DNA of 64,000 nt from Eledone cirrhosa (Eukaryota): positions 31,682,001 to 31,746,000 of the forward strand of contig OZ024744.1 in assembly GCA_964016885.1 (NCBI GenBank). The letters are read 5' to 3'. A model generated the notes under the pieces. That model saw only the letters and a program-made list of their open reading frames with translations, was not told where the DNA came from and searched no databases. Both the position numbers and the translations under genes were made by a program. Each line of letters begins with the position of its first letter. Within the stretch, counting starts at the first letter, position 1. Shown here one piece after another: positions 12,866 to 28,547 of this stretch.

Positions 12866-13320
12866 ATAGTGTATTTTACAATATACTGTATGCTTAATTA
12901 AAAGCATTTCGAAGACCTTATGCTATTCTTTTAGAGTAGTGACAGTCTCACTTACTTTAAATTTTCAGCAAACCAAATCTAATTTTCAATATCTGCTTGA
13001 TCGGCAACCGCTCTGTATAATCACTTGCTGAGTATTACTAGAAATTCTATAAGAATCAAACATTCATGATTTTTCAGCAAACAGGTGGAGTACTTGGCTT
13101 TGATAAGTACCAATCAGTACGAAACATAGCTCTGTCGGCTTTATCTCCCCTTGTTTGCTGAAAATTTAAAGTAAGTGAGACTGTCACTACTCTAAAACAA
13201 TAGCATAAGGTCTTCGAAATGCTTTTAATTAAGCATACAGTGTATTGCAAAATACACTATATATACATTCATATATATATATATATATAGCTATTTCAGA
13301 GCGCCAATTCTAATTTTCAA
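12866..13320 (+). mobile_element. Retrozyme-like element R1: ~331-bp monomer (12973-13320) with an inverted partial copy at its 5' side (12866-12973)
   Basis: ccaa(a/t)tctaattttcaa at 12973 and 13304; internal (TA)n; hammerhead; no ORF. Confidence 0.8.
13071..13164 (+). ncRNA. Type I hammerhead ribozyme, U3-A8 core variant
   Basis: ggct TTGATAA gtac caatca gtac GAAA catagctctg TC ggct; extended stem I ttttcagcaaaca/tgtttgctgaaaa. Confidence 0.8.
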
Positions 13321-13442
13321 CATATATATATATATATAATTATATATATGTATAATTATATATGAATATATATATATTTATATAATATATACATATATAA
13401 TTATAGATATATATAATTAGAAATAGATATATATAATTAGAA

Positions 13443-13474
<32 letters not shown>

Positions 13475-13491
13475 GTATAATATATATGTAC

Positions 13492-13596
<105 letters not shown>

Positions 13597-13681
13597 CACT
13601 TCTAGTCTTGTAGAAGCCATTTCTATATTAAATCATATATATATATGTATATATATACATCGGTAACCAAAACAACACACT

Positions 13682-13804
<123 letters not shown>

Positions 13805-14324
13805 ATATAAGTTTAATTATTTTTACATTTCTTTTGTGAGACACGCGTGTCTGTGTATGTATGTACCCCCCCTTTTTTTGTTTTCTTTAATATTTTCTTT
13901 CTATTTTTTCTTTCTAATTTATCGTTACTATATTTTTATAAATATATCGAGACTGATACTTTTCTTTTAATTATTATACTCTCTTTACCTCCTTTCTTTC
14001 CGCATCTAAGTGTACGAGTGTCCAGGCGTTTTTATGCGCGCGACTTTATATTCTTATATTTACGATGTAACCATTTCTGTCTGTATAATACAGACATATA
14101 GATACATTTGCCCTAAATTTTTATAATTACGCACACTTTCTAACTATACATTTACATGTGCACATATACATATATGCACATCTGTGAGCGTATATACATA
14201 CACATACACACACCTAACTATTTTTCTTGATAGATTTTTATATATTTCAATTTCTATTTCATTTATCTATATATTTTTTTGATTTTCTTGATGTGTTTTT
14301 CTAAGTATTTGCCCATGTTTTATA

Positions 14325-14400
14325 TTGCCTCGTCTGACGAACGAATGAAGTCGTTTATTTCGTATTCGCCTCATTCGGGAAACCTCTGGTAATGAGGTAA
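14325..14400 (+). ncRNA. Type I hammerhead ribozyme in a solo pLTR-like segment (~13800-14500)
   Basis: ttgcctcgt CTGACGA a cgaatga..tcattcg g GAAA cc tct gg TA atgaggtaa. Confidence 0.75.
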
Positions 14401-14500
14401 TTATATTGTATTGATTTTATACATTAAATTTTGCTCTGATACTTACATAGAGCACTCTTCATTTCTATGACCTTTTCTGTTTCCAACGGAAATTTCAATA

Positions 14501-14560
<60 letters not shown>

Positions 14561-14758
14561 TGAGTGAGTGTGTGTGTGTACGTATGTATGTATATGTGTA
14601 TGTATTACGTTTGTATGTATCTAAGTATCTATATATACATAATGATATGTGTGTGTTTGTGCATATGATTGTATGTGTATGAACGTTTGCATGTGTTTTA
14701 TATGTATTTTTTATATGCATCTATATATAAATGTATCTATATGTGTATCAGTATATCC

Positions 14759-14803
<45 letters not shown>

Positions 14804-14858
14804 GGTCGCAATCTTTAAGGGTATGTCAATATTTATTTATAAAACTGCTCTATATTAT

Positions 14859-14921
14859 ATTTTATCTGATGAAAGCACACCATAATTTAACTTGGTGTCC
14901 TTGAAATATGTATAATGAAAT
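14859..14921 (+). ncRNA. Type I hammerhead in solo pLTR (14800-15055) of the family at 50957-54371
   Basis: attttat CTGATGA aag c acacca..tggtgt c ctt GAAA tatgta TA atgaaat. Confidence 0.8.
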
Positions 14922-15051
14922 AAATATGGTTTTATAATTAAAGTTTCCATTTGTTAATATATCGTATTTTTTCTCCAATAATTTATTGAGTGCTTTATAT
15001 TAGTTATAAAAATATTTGCTTGTTTTATCCCAACAATTTAAATAGAACTTC

Positions 15052-15086
<35 letters not shown>

Positions 15087-15624
15087 CCCACTCTCCTGAG
15101 CGTGAATTTAATAAACATTTGTCGTACTGCCTCTCTGTTCTGTCCCTGTTCAATTTTTCATTATATATATATATATATATACATACAAATAAAATTATCG
15201 AGAATCGAAACTCCGGCCCACGAAATAACGAAAAACAATCTCCGAAATGTGCGGCAAAGTGCTCAATGGTTCGGATGAACCCGAGCTACAACTAACGTTT
15301 AATACCAAACACACTGAGACGATGTTTAAACAATCATTCGCACAGCCAAAAAATACGATCAAGTAATTCGTGTCAAACAAATAAAAATATACATGATTGA
15401 AAAATTTACCCGGACCCCCTGGAAAGGTGGTAAAATCCAGCATTTGGGTTTCTGCGACTCCGAAATCAGGTACCGTGCGCCTACATAAAACATATCCGGC
15501 TTCTGGTAAGATGATGAACAAGGAATTCGCTTTTTCAACAGGCTTTTAGTTCAATAATACAGGGGAAGGCAATGAAAATGAAATGCAATTGCAACCTGTT
15601 GTTCTCCATAAAGAAAGAATGACA

Positions 15625-15850
15625 TGTAACTATGACTGTAACTGTGACTGTGACTGTGAATGTGCATGTGACTGTGACTGTGCTTGTGACTGAGGCTGTA
15701 AATGTGACTGTAACTGTAACTATTACTGTGACTGTAACTATGACTGTGATTGTTACTGTGGCTCTGACTGTCACTGACTGTGACTAAATGTAACTGTGAC
15801 TGTGACTATGACTGTGGTTGTGACTGTGGTTGTGACTGATGCTGTGACTG
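15625..15850. repeat. (TGTGAC/TGTAAC)n hexanucleotide repeat
   Basis: Direct inspection. Confidence 0.85.
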
Positions 15851-16482
15851 GTTCCACTGACTGGAAGGTGTGAGTAGAGCAACGTCATGGCCCCATGTCA
15901 AGTTCTGACGTTTTACCTTGTGGCCCTTTGGGAAGATCATATAGAGTGGCACTTGTAAAGAACAGTCTAAATTATAAAGGATTTTGATAATAATGTGAGA
16001 AGAATTAGGACAGTGAGCGTTATATCCAGTAAATCTGGGATGAAATAGGTTTGTAGCTAGACACGCTATGCCCTATCATGGCAGTGTATGGTGTTTCTAA
16101 TCGATGTGGGATGAAGTAGGTTTGTAGCTAAATCCACAATGTCCTATCTCGCAGACACTCTACTTACTAGCATAGCATTGAATTGTAATGTCGAGAGTAA
16201 AGCAGAGAAGGATTCATTATGGATGTGGTATGTGATAGTAAAACCAACGTAGAGAGAAAACAACAAATCATTAATTAAATTGTAAAACAAAATAGCTGCT
16301 ACATGTGTTAGTCTGCTACATCGTAGGTCAAAAGAAGCTGGATATTTCATGGTTGTAGCAATACGGCTCTCCAAAATTTCCAAAATATGAGCTGTTCTAT
16401 AGAACTGTCCAGGTGTACATTTCCAAAGAATGGAACATCTTCCGTGATTACTGAGGTTTTATCTTATTTCATGCCTTTAAAT

Positions 16483-16624
16483 CTTAACCCTTTCATTACC
16501 ATATTTCTAATGAAAGTCACTGTATATGTCTTTAACCCTTTCATTCCCATATTTCTAATGAAAGACACTGTCTATGTCATTAACCCTTTCATTACCATAT
16601 TTCTGATGGTAATAAAATGGTTAA
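16483..16624. mobile_element. Possible piggyBac-like MITE remnant with three ~48-bp tandem left ends
   Basis: TTAA-ccctttcatt(a/c)ccat x3 and a closing atggtaataaaatgg-TTAA. Confidence 0.45.
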
Positions 16625-16958
16625 AGACATAGACATTTCGCTCTCTCTCTCTGATCGATCGACATGATCCCAGACCTCGCCAACGCGGACCAAGGTTACA
16701 ATGTACTATCTACCGATCTCAACTCCTGACAGAAAGAGCAGAAAGATAAACCTGAAATAAAGGACACAACGAACAACCCACTCCGAGAATTGAACTCCCA
16801 ACCTCACGGCTACAAATGCAGCTCTCTAATCACTAAGCCTTCACACACACACACGCACGCACACACACACACGCATACAAACGAATACACACATATATAT
16901 ATACACATACATTTATATATCATTTGGATTTTATTCTTTTCACATTTATTATTATTAC

Positions 16959-17093
<135 letters not shown>

Positions 17094-17164
17094 TCTAACT
17101 AACCACTCCTCACTCAACTGATCCATCATGATATTATTTATACATGATCCAGTATACATGATAC

Positions 17165-17336
17165 AGTATCGGTAGAGTATCAGACATGCTTTCCACCATA
17201 GTTACGTCCCTTTACAATCTGAGTTCAAATCCCGCCGAGGTTAACTTTGCCTTTCATCCTTACGGGGTCGATAAAATAAAGTAGCAGTAATGTACTGAGT
17301 AATTGCTGGCCTTGTGCCTAAAGTAGAAACAATTAT
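17165..17336 (+). mobile_element. tRNA-derived SINE (main family)
   Basis: Consensus blocks as at 7316. Confidence 0.85.
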
Positions 17337-17587
17337 TTAATCATGACCCTCTGCATTTCAAGCCAGCCACGACCATTACCACCTCCATTGCCATTTACAT
17401 ACTTTCAACATTTACTTTTCAAAAGGCACCACACCTAATATATGCAAGTTAATACACATTATATTACAATATTACACATTACACATTTACACTACTACAC
17501 ATCCCACCAGCATGCGTGTACATGCTGTTTGTGTGTTTGTGTGTGTGTGTGTGTGTGTGAGTGTGTATGTGCTTTTGTGTATGTATG

Positions 17588-17625
<38 letters not shown>

Positions 17626-17999
17626 GTTTTGTGTATGTGTATGTGTGTATATATATATACATCGAGTGCATATATATATATATATGTATGTTTGGTACCA
17701 CCACCACACACACACACACATATATATATATATAAATATACACAGTTCAAGAGTAACCAATCTTTAAGAGAGAGATGGAGATAGGAGATGAGAGATTGGT
17801 GAATTAGTTAGAAGCCAAAGCGTAAAGGCATGTGGTCAATGTGCAATATGCAGTGGAAGGCAGCTAGGTGGCTGGGTTCATGCAGAAGTTAGGTGCACAG
17901 AGCTGAAAATATTCATTAGTTAAGCAAAACAAGACCACAAATTTCACAAGGAAGACATTATTAAAAGATTGTCAACATATTTTAGTTTGATGTAAGGAA

Positions 18000-19078
18000 T
18001 GTAGAGAATAATAATAATCATATTAATAATAATAATGTCCGTTTACAGTTGTTTCGCTACTCCATATAATATTTCTGGATCAAATTACTATATATCATTA
18101 TTGATCTGGTTCAGTTGAAAATAATTAACATAATTAAAGATAGAACGGCTCATCGGAACTTTAAAGGAATATAAATTAAAATAAGGAAAGAATGTTACAT
18201 AATGTAATGTTCCATATATTGGTATTTAACTATCGTGTCCTGGGTGTATCAATTGTCTGCCATAATCAAGCAGTATTCTTCTGTCGAGGCTGCATTGTGT
18301 GAGATCTGCCTATGGGTAACAAGATGGCCGCCAATGGAATATTTACCTTACTAATTAGAGGGTGGTTTCAGGGGAAGTAACTCCTCGAGAGATTAGAAAT
18401 TGTGGGTAGTTTATAGTTAAGTGCTAAATTTTTAATTTTTTAATTGAGAGACAATGTAGGGGAGGTAACTTATAATTATCTAAGTTAGTTATAGCTATTT
18501 AACTTATTAGCTACAAGTAAAAATGGGGCTAGATGACTATGTTGGGTCAAATTTCTGTTGGCGAAGGAATTAGCCCTTCGATGTTGACAGCTAATAGTTA
18601 CCTCCGTTCTATCGTTAATCGGTAGAGGTCGTGATAGAGTTATGTAATATGCTTCGGTAATACAGAGATCACAAGATTTTCTTCGTCCATTGAACGGTTG
18701 GGCTCTAGCCAAGATATCCCATGTTAGTGAGTGTTCAATGTTGGTTAATTTAAGGTTTTTAATGAGCATAGCTAGAGATGTCGAACATCTTTTGTTAGGG
18801 TCTCGGAAGGAAAAAGAGTGCGCGTTATAGCGTACCTTAAAAGGGTTAGAGGTAGACCCGATATAGGAGCTGGTATTCGAAGCAGTTTTAACCGTGCACC
18901 TATAGACTATGTTGGGTATCAGGCAGTGTCCATTTAGTGGGCATGCATTAGGGTAACGGCAGTTGCAGTTGCTTCTGCGGTTAGTGAGAGTAGGGTAGTT
19001 TAACCTAAGCGGTTGGTCAGTGTTAGACGGATTAGATGGGGGAGGTGTGTTACTAGAGTAAGTAATCTCATTCTCCAC
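18000..19078 (-). mobile_element. PLE 3' fragment with Cys-rich linker + GIY-YIG (Neptune/Nematis-type) and 3' UTR
   Basis: ORF 18485-19078 CNCRYPNACPLNGHCL..NIVYRC..YIGSTSNPFKVRYNAH..CDLC. Confidence 0.85.
18041..18159 (-). ncRNA. Degenerate hammerhead with a long stem II insert
   Basis: Minus strand gtt CCGATGA gc..(~90 nt)..gc GAAA caactg TA aac. Confidence 0.5.
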
Positions 19079-19271
19079 AACACCTAACTAGCTAGCCACA
19101 TTCAGTAACCATCATAAACTAAGACAGTATAACTCCCACACCGCGGTACCACCACTCCTATCAAATACACCACGCCACTACACCAATAATTACTCTAGTA
19201 ACACACCTCTCCCATCTAAACATCGAGTGCTCACCCAGGTGAACCTACAGTAACACCACGTTACACTCCCT

Positions 19272-19327
<56 letters not shown>

Positions 19328-19335
<8 letters not shown>

Positions 19336-20055
19336 TGCAGCTTGATTTCGAGTAATGCCATCGCTTGATAATTAAACATGAGCATTACGGACGTGGCTTT
19401 TTAGTCCTGCTAGGAACTTGCCTATGGCCAGCAATACCATGCATCACAATAAATGTCATATATCAAGCGATGCCTGAACATCAAATACATTTACCCCAAA
19501 AGAAGAACCGACCTACATTACTGGATGTAAACGAAGTCGCAGGTTTTATATCAGAGTGACCTTCTCCTAGGGAGATGTCTTGATGAACACTAGGAGTCTC
19601 TAGCTCCACAAACAAAACGAAAAGAAAAGGGTTTATTGGATGGCTCTTAACTCTACATACATATATAATTACATATATACATATATATATGCATATATAT
19701 ATATATACATACATACTTATATATATATATATGATGGCTGCCCTCTTAATATCGAATATGGCCATTGCACGATATAATATTGTTAATAATTATCAATTAA
19801 TGCTATCATGCAATGGTCGTGCGTGAAGAATTTTTTTAAGTGAAGAAAGACTGTGCACTGAGCCAATCCCACTCTCTGAGCGACAGTAGCTATAACACGA
19901 AAAGAAGAAAAGATCAACATCATCGGTCACTACTGAGCCGCAGGTTTTATCCCAGTTTCCTGAGTTGCCTTCTCCTAGAAGAATGCCCTGACAAAGGCTA
20001 GGGCTCCTTCACTCCCAGTGGTTTAACCGCGCTATCGGGTGTCCAGCCTGATTAT
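19328..20055 (-). mobile_element. Two diverged short non-autonomous elements with an RTE-like 5' UTR motif
   Basis: Both (19328-19650, 19730-20055) carry ctaggagaagg on the minus strand and end gcagccatcat-(TA)n. Confidence 0.5.
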
Positions 20056-20193
20056 ATCTATGTCCCCGCGCATATACATACACATGTATACATGTATATA
20101 CATATTTACACATTTTTGGAGGGCCGTTGACTCTTATGAGTTCTTCCGCCCATCATATATACATACATACATACACACATACATATATACATA

Positions 20194-21170
20194 CTTTGTC
20201 GAAACTTTTAAAGAAGATCATCGTATATTTTGAAAAATAAATGCTAAATATTAGTGAATAGACGAACTCATCATGACTAAACGTATAAGTCTCTTTCGAC
20301 CAAATCGTAACTACTACTATTGTATATAATGGAACTACGATGTCAACAAAAATTTATATGAAGCATACAAACCATCTGACCCCAAAAATTCGGTTTTATG
20401 CAGATCCTAAAACCATTTTAGAATTCCAAGCACCCAGAATTAGGCTTTTCTCCAAAACATTTTAATGAACAGGCAAAACGTATCATTAGATGTAAATTGA
20501 TATATCTAACGGAACTGAGTGACACTATTGAAGACAGGAACAAGAAATCCCTACCAAATATCTGCTATATAAAAGAGGAGGGCCATCAGTCGACAATAAA
20601 TATAGTAAAACAAAGATCGAAGATGTTAGCCACATTGTTGCCACGTGGAATGCACTAAGGAAAACAAAATTAACAACAAATGAGGAGGAATATGTTGAGA
20701 CAGATGGCACTAAAGATAAAAACTGACACCAAATTAAAGCACAACCGGCCTGATATTATTGTTTGGGACCACACATTGAAAACGTGCTCAGTTGTAGAGA
20801 TCAGCTGCCCACTTGATGTCAACGTTGTAAGAAAAATACAGGAGAAGGAGGACATCTACGGACCATTGATGAGGAGGTTGCAGATCCAGTATCCAAGATA
20901 CAACTTCAGCTTCATACCCATCATTATTGGAGCTACAGGTTATATACCAACCCGCTTGGACCACAGTATAACTGAACTTGGAGTTGTGATTTGTGGACAA
21001 AGAGCGCAGCTCCCTAATTCATAGACTACAAATGGCTGCGATAGCTGGCACCTTCAAAATATGCAAAACATTCTTGCGATTCAAGGGATGACAATTTCTT
21101 TTACAACCTTGACACCAGGAAGGTGGCCGGTCAAAATTGTACTCGAAATAAAGAGAAAGAGAAACATTAT
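20194..21170 (+). mobile_element. Internally deleted copy of the R4/Dong-type element
   Basis: 20194-20525 matches ~45796-46130 and 20530-21170 matches ~48745-49470 (RPDIIVWD..EISCP); flanked by (TACA)n. Confidence 0.92.
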
Positions 21171-21269
21171 ACACACATACATACATACGTACATACACAC
21201 ATACATACATACACACATACATACATACATACGTACATACATACATACATACATACATACATACATACA

Positions 21270-21300
<31 letters not shown>

Positions 21301-21336
21301 GCATCACCATATGTATGATCTATGTATGTACGTATG

Positions 21337-21370
<34 letters not shown>

Positions 21371-21629
21371 CGTATGTATGTACGTATGCATGTTTGTATG
21401 CATCACCGTATGTATGCATGTATGTATGTATGGATATGTGAATGTATCTATCTATGGATGTGCGTTTGTATATGAACATGCATGTATTGGAAGGTATAGT
21501 ATTACAATTCAACAGCCTGCTGGTAATACTAACTACGTCATGTTCGTAAGTTCAACACCGTAACCATTAAGCCTAATGGTTACGGTGTTGAACTTACACA
21601 CCTTAATTAAATTTCAAATAGCATCTTAA

Positions 21630-22403
21630 TAATTGTTTCTACTTTAGGCACAAGGCCAGCAATTTGAAGGAGTGAGGAAAGTCGATTGAATTGAACCCAG
21701 TCTGTTACTGGTACTTTATTTTATTAAAGCTAACCACGGCAGGATTTAAATTCAGAACGTGGAGGGCCGTAACTATATACCGCAAAGCATGGCCGACGCT
21801 CTACCGACACTGCCAATTCATCCCAAATTACTTAATAAATAATAAACTGAGTTAAATGTAAAGTAAACATCTAATAATTGTTTTTGCCACTCATTACGGA
21901 TCTAGATTTTCTTGGGCCGCACTGAGCACACCTGACGCCACCTGGGGCTCTATATAGAATTATCCAGACAATTGACACTTTCTTAGCGGTTTTATGGCAA
22001 ACCCATAGACACTTATGGTTGTTTCTACTTTTGGCACAAGGCCAGCAAATACCCAGTAAATTACTGGTACTTTATTTTATCGATCCCGTAAGGATGAAAG
22101 GCAAAGTTAACCTCAGCGGGATTTGAACCCAGAATGGCAAGTGCCGTAACTCTATGCATCAACGCATGGTGTCCGACCCTCTACCAATACTGCCAATCCA
22201 CCGCCATCTAATAATTGTTTCTACTTTAGGCACAAGGCCAGTAATTACCCAGTACATTACTGGTACTTTATTTTATCGACCCCGTAAGGATGAAAGGCAA
22301 AGTTAACCTCGGAGGGATTTGAACTCAGACCATAAAGGGACGTAACTATTTGCTGCAAGGCATGGCGTCCGTGCCTCTACCGATACTGCCAATCCACCGC
22401 CAT
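21630..22403 (-). mobile_element. Three main-family SINE copies, two of them head-to-tail (22019-22403)
   Basis: Reverse-complement SINE consensus ending ..ccaatccaccgccatct. Confidence 0.88.
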
Positions 22404-23068
22404 CTAATAATGCTTATTGATTACTGAAGCATGTCATATTCTGAAAATCGAATTCGCATATTGCATTCATGGAAAGGATGAAGGTAAAGTTGCCCTCGGC
22501 AGTATTTGAACTCAGAGAGGAGAGAGAGCCGGAACAAATACCACAAAATATTCTATCCGACTTTCTAACTCTGCTCTCTAAGTTCAAATCCCTTTGTGGT
22601 CGATAAAGAAAGTACCAGTCTAACACTGTGGTCGTTCGTGTCTTCTTATATATCTCTTTCTCGTTTCCATTCCTTCACTGAAAGAAATCTGTTCTATTCA
22701 GACCTAACCCCCCCCACACACACACACACACACACCTGACTAATCTATATACAAGCAGGTATGGTCTCATAACACTGAAAGGATTCGTAGGGGCGCTGTA
22801 TTGATATACGATGCTTCTAGGGGTATCTTTTTAAAAAATGTGGCGGAGCCTGTCACATCTCTACGTCTGAATAGAACAGATTTCTTTATTTCTTTCAGAG
22901 AAGGAGGAAGACAGTGAAGGAATGGAAACGAGAAAGAGATATATATGAAGACACCACTGCAGTGTTAGACTGGTACTTTCTTTATCGACCACGAAGGGAT
23001 TTGAACTTAGAGAGCAGAGAGCCGAAACAAATACCACAAAGTATTCTATCGACTCGGCCAATTTACCG

Positions 23069-23115
<47 letters not shown>

Positions 23116-23184
23116 GTATATATATATATATATATACACACATATATATATATATATACATATATATATACATATATATATATA

Positions 23185-23229
<45 letters not shown>

Positions 23230-23324
23230 GTGTGTGTGTATATCGTGAACCTAATAAACTTTTATTTGTACTGCCTCTCTGTTTTTGTTCCCGTCCGTTT
23301 TCACTATATATATACATATATACA

Positions 23325-23416
<92 letters not shown>

Positions 23417-23489
23417 ATGAGTGTATATATATATATATATATATATATACACTCACACATATATATATATACTCGTATATATATATATG

Positions 23490-23641
<152 letters not shown>

Positions 23642-23690
23642 ATAAAATAACAGGAGGTTGAACTGGTGTAATTCCTTAAAAGGTTTATTA

Positions 23691-23746
23691 TACTATGATC
23701 ATTTCAATGACCAGGTTCAGTATGAATCCGGTGACATCATCAGGTA
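23691..23746 (-). ncRNA. Type I hammerhead within a pLTR piece bounded by inverted repeats (23640-23892)
   Basis: Minus strand tac CTGATGA tgtcaccggattcatactgaacctggtcatt GAAA tgatca TA gta; palindromic stem III. Confidence 0.75.
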
Positions 23747-23972
23747 TTCGGAGTATAACAAAGGAATATAATAGACAAGATCCATGGGGCTGAAAATCAG
23801 AGACATGAGGGCCGGGGTAGAAGCTGCTAAATGTTCATAGTATAATAAACCTTTTAAGGAATTACACCAGTCAAGCCTCCTGTTTTATTATAATAATTAA
23901 CTCCTTACTCGCACCACCAACAAGACAAACGAAGACGTGTGAGTTGCATTACCTTGAGTGCTCTCCCTAATA

Positions 23973-24152
23973 TTGTTTCTACTTTTGGCACAAGGCCATC
24001 AATTATCCAGTACATTACTGGTACTTTATTTTATCGAACCCGTAAGGATGAAAGGCAAAGTTAACCTCGGCGGGATTTGAACTCAGACTGTAAAGGGACG
24101 TAACTATGCTGGAAAGCATGGCGTCCGACTCTCTACCGATACTGCCAATCCA
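23973..24152 (-). mobile_element. tRNA-derived SINE (main family)
   Basis: Reverse-complement consensus. Confidence 0.85.
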
Positions 24153-24209
24153 CATCGAGGTTGACCATACGGAACATACTATCCAGTGGTGAAACAACAA
24201 ACCTAAATA

Positions 24210-27988
<3,779 letters not shown>

Positions 27989-28030
27989 AATAATAAAATA
28001 AGATGGTGACGTTACATATATCGTTTAATC

Positions 28031-28110
28031 ATTATAATTATTTCCACGGTTCTCCATGCAATCGAGATGTCCTTCATACATTTGCTATTGATTATGAGAA
28101 CCGTATCCTC

Positions 28111-28114
<4 letters not shown>
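28031..28114 (-). ncRNA. Type I hammerhead; stem I cut short by (TA)n
   Basis: Minus strand at CTGAGGA t acggttctc..gagaaccgt g GAAA taatta TA at. Confidence 0.72.
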
Positions 28115-28147
<33 letters not shown>

Positions 28148-28199
28148 GGTAGAACACTGGAAGGTAACAACCGTAGTGGTAGAGCACTCAGTCCATGGG

Positions 28200-28547
28200 A
28201 CGAGTTAGGTAGGCTATGTGGGTATGGCGGAGGGCCGATTTAAGGAACGCTTCCTGAACCACCAGTCGACCTTTAGGTACCCGGACAGACGTTCATCCAC
28301 GAAACACGCGAGCCACGTATGGTCCCTCAAAGACTCAAGTATAGACTACTCCATTCAATGGAAAGCCATCACTAAGTCATGGCCATACGCAAGGGGCAAT
28401 CCGTCGTGCGGACTATGTATTGATGAACGAATAAATATTCTAAAGAGATTACGCAATAACGATTGCCTAAACTCAAGAGATGAATTCTTCACACGTTGTC
28501 CACACGTCTGGAAACACCTCTTACATAACTACAAAGCTCCGGATTGA
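28200..28547 (+). mobile_element. PLE GIY-YIG C-terminal fragment
   Basis: YVGMAEGRFKERFLNH..CGLCIDE..LNSRDEFFTRCPH. Confidence 0.8.
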
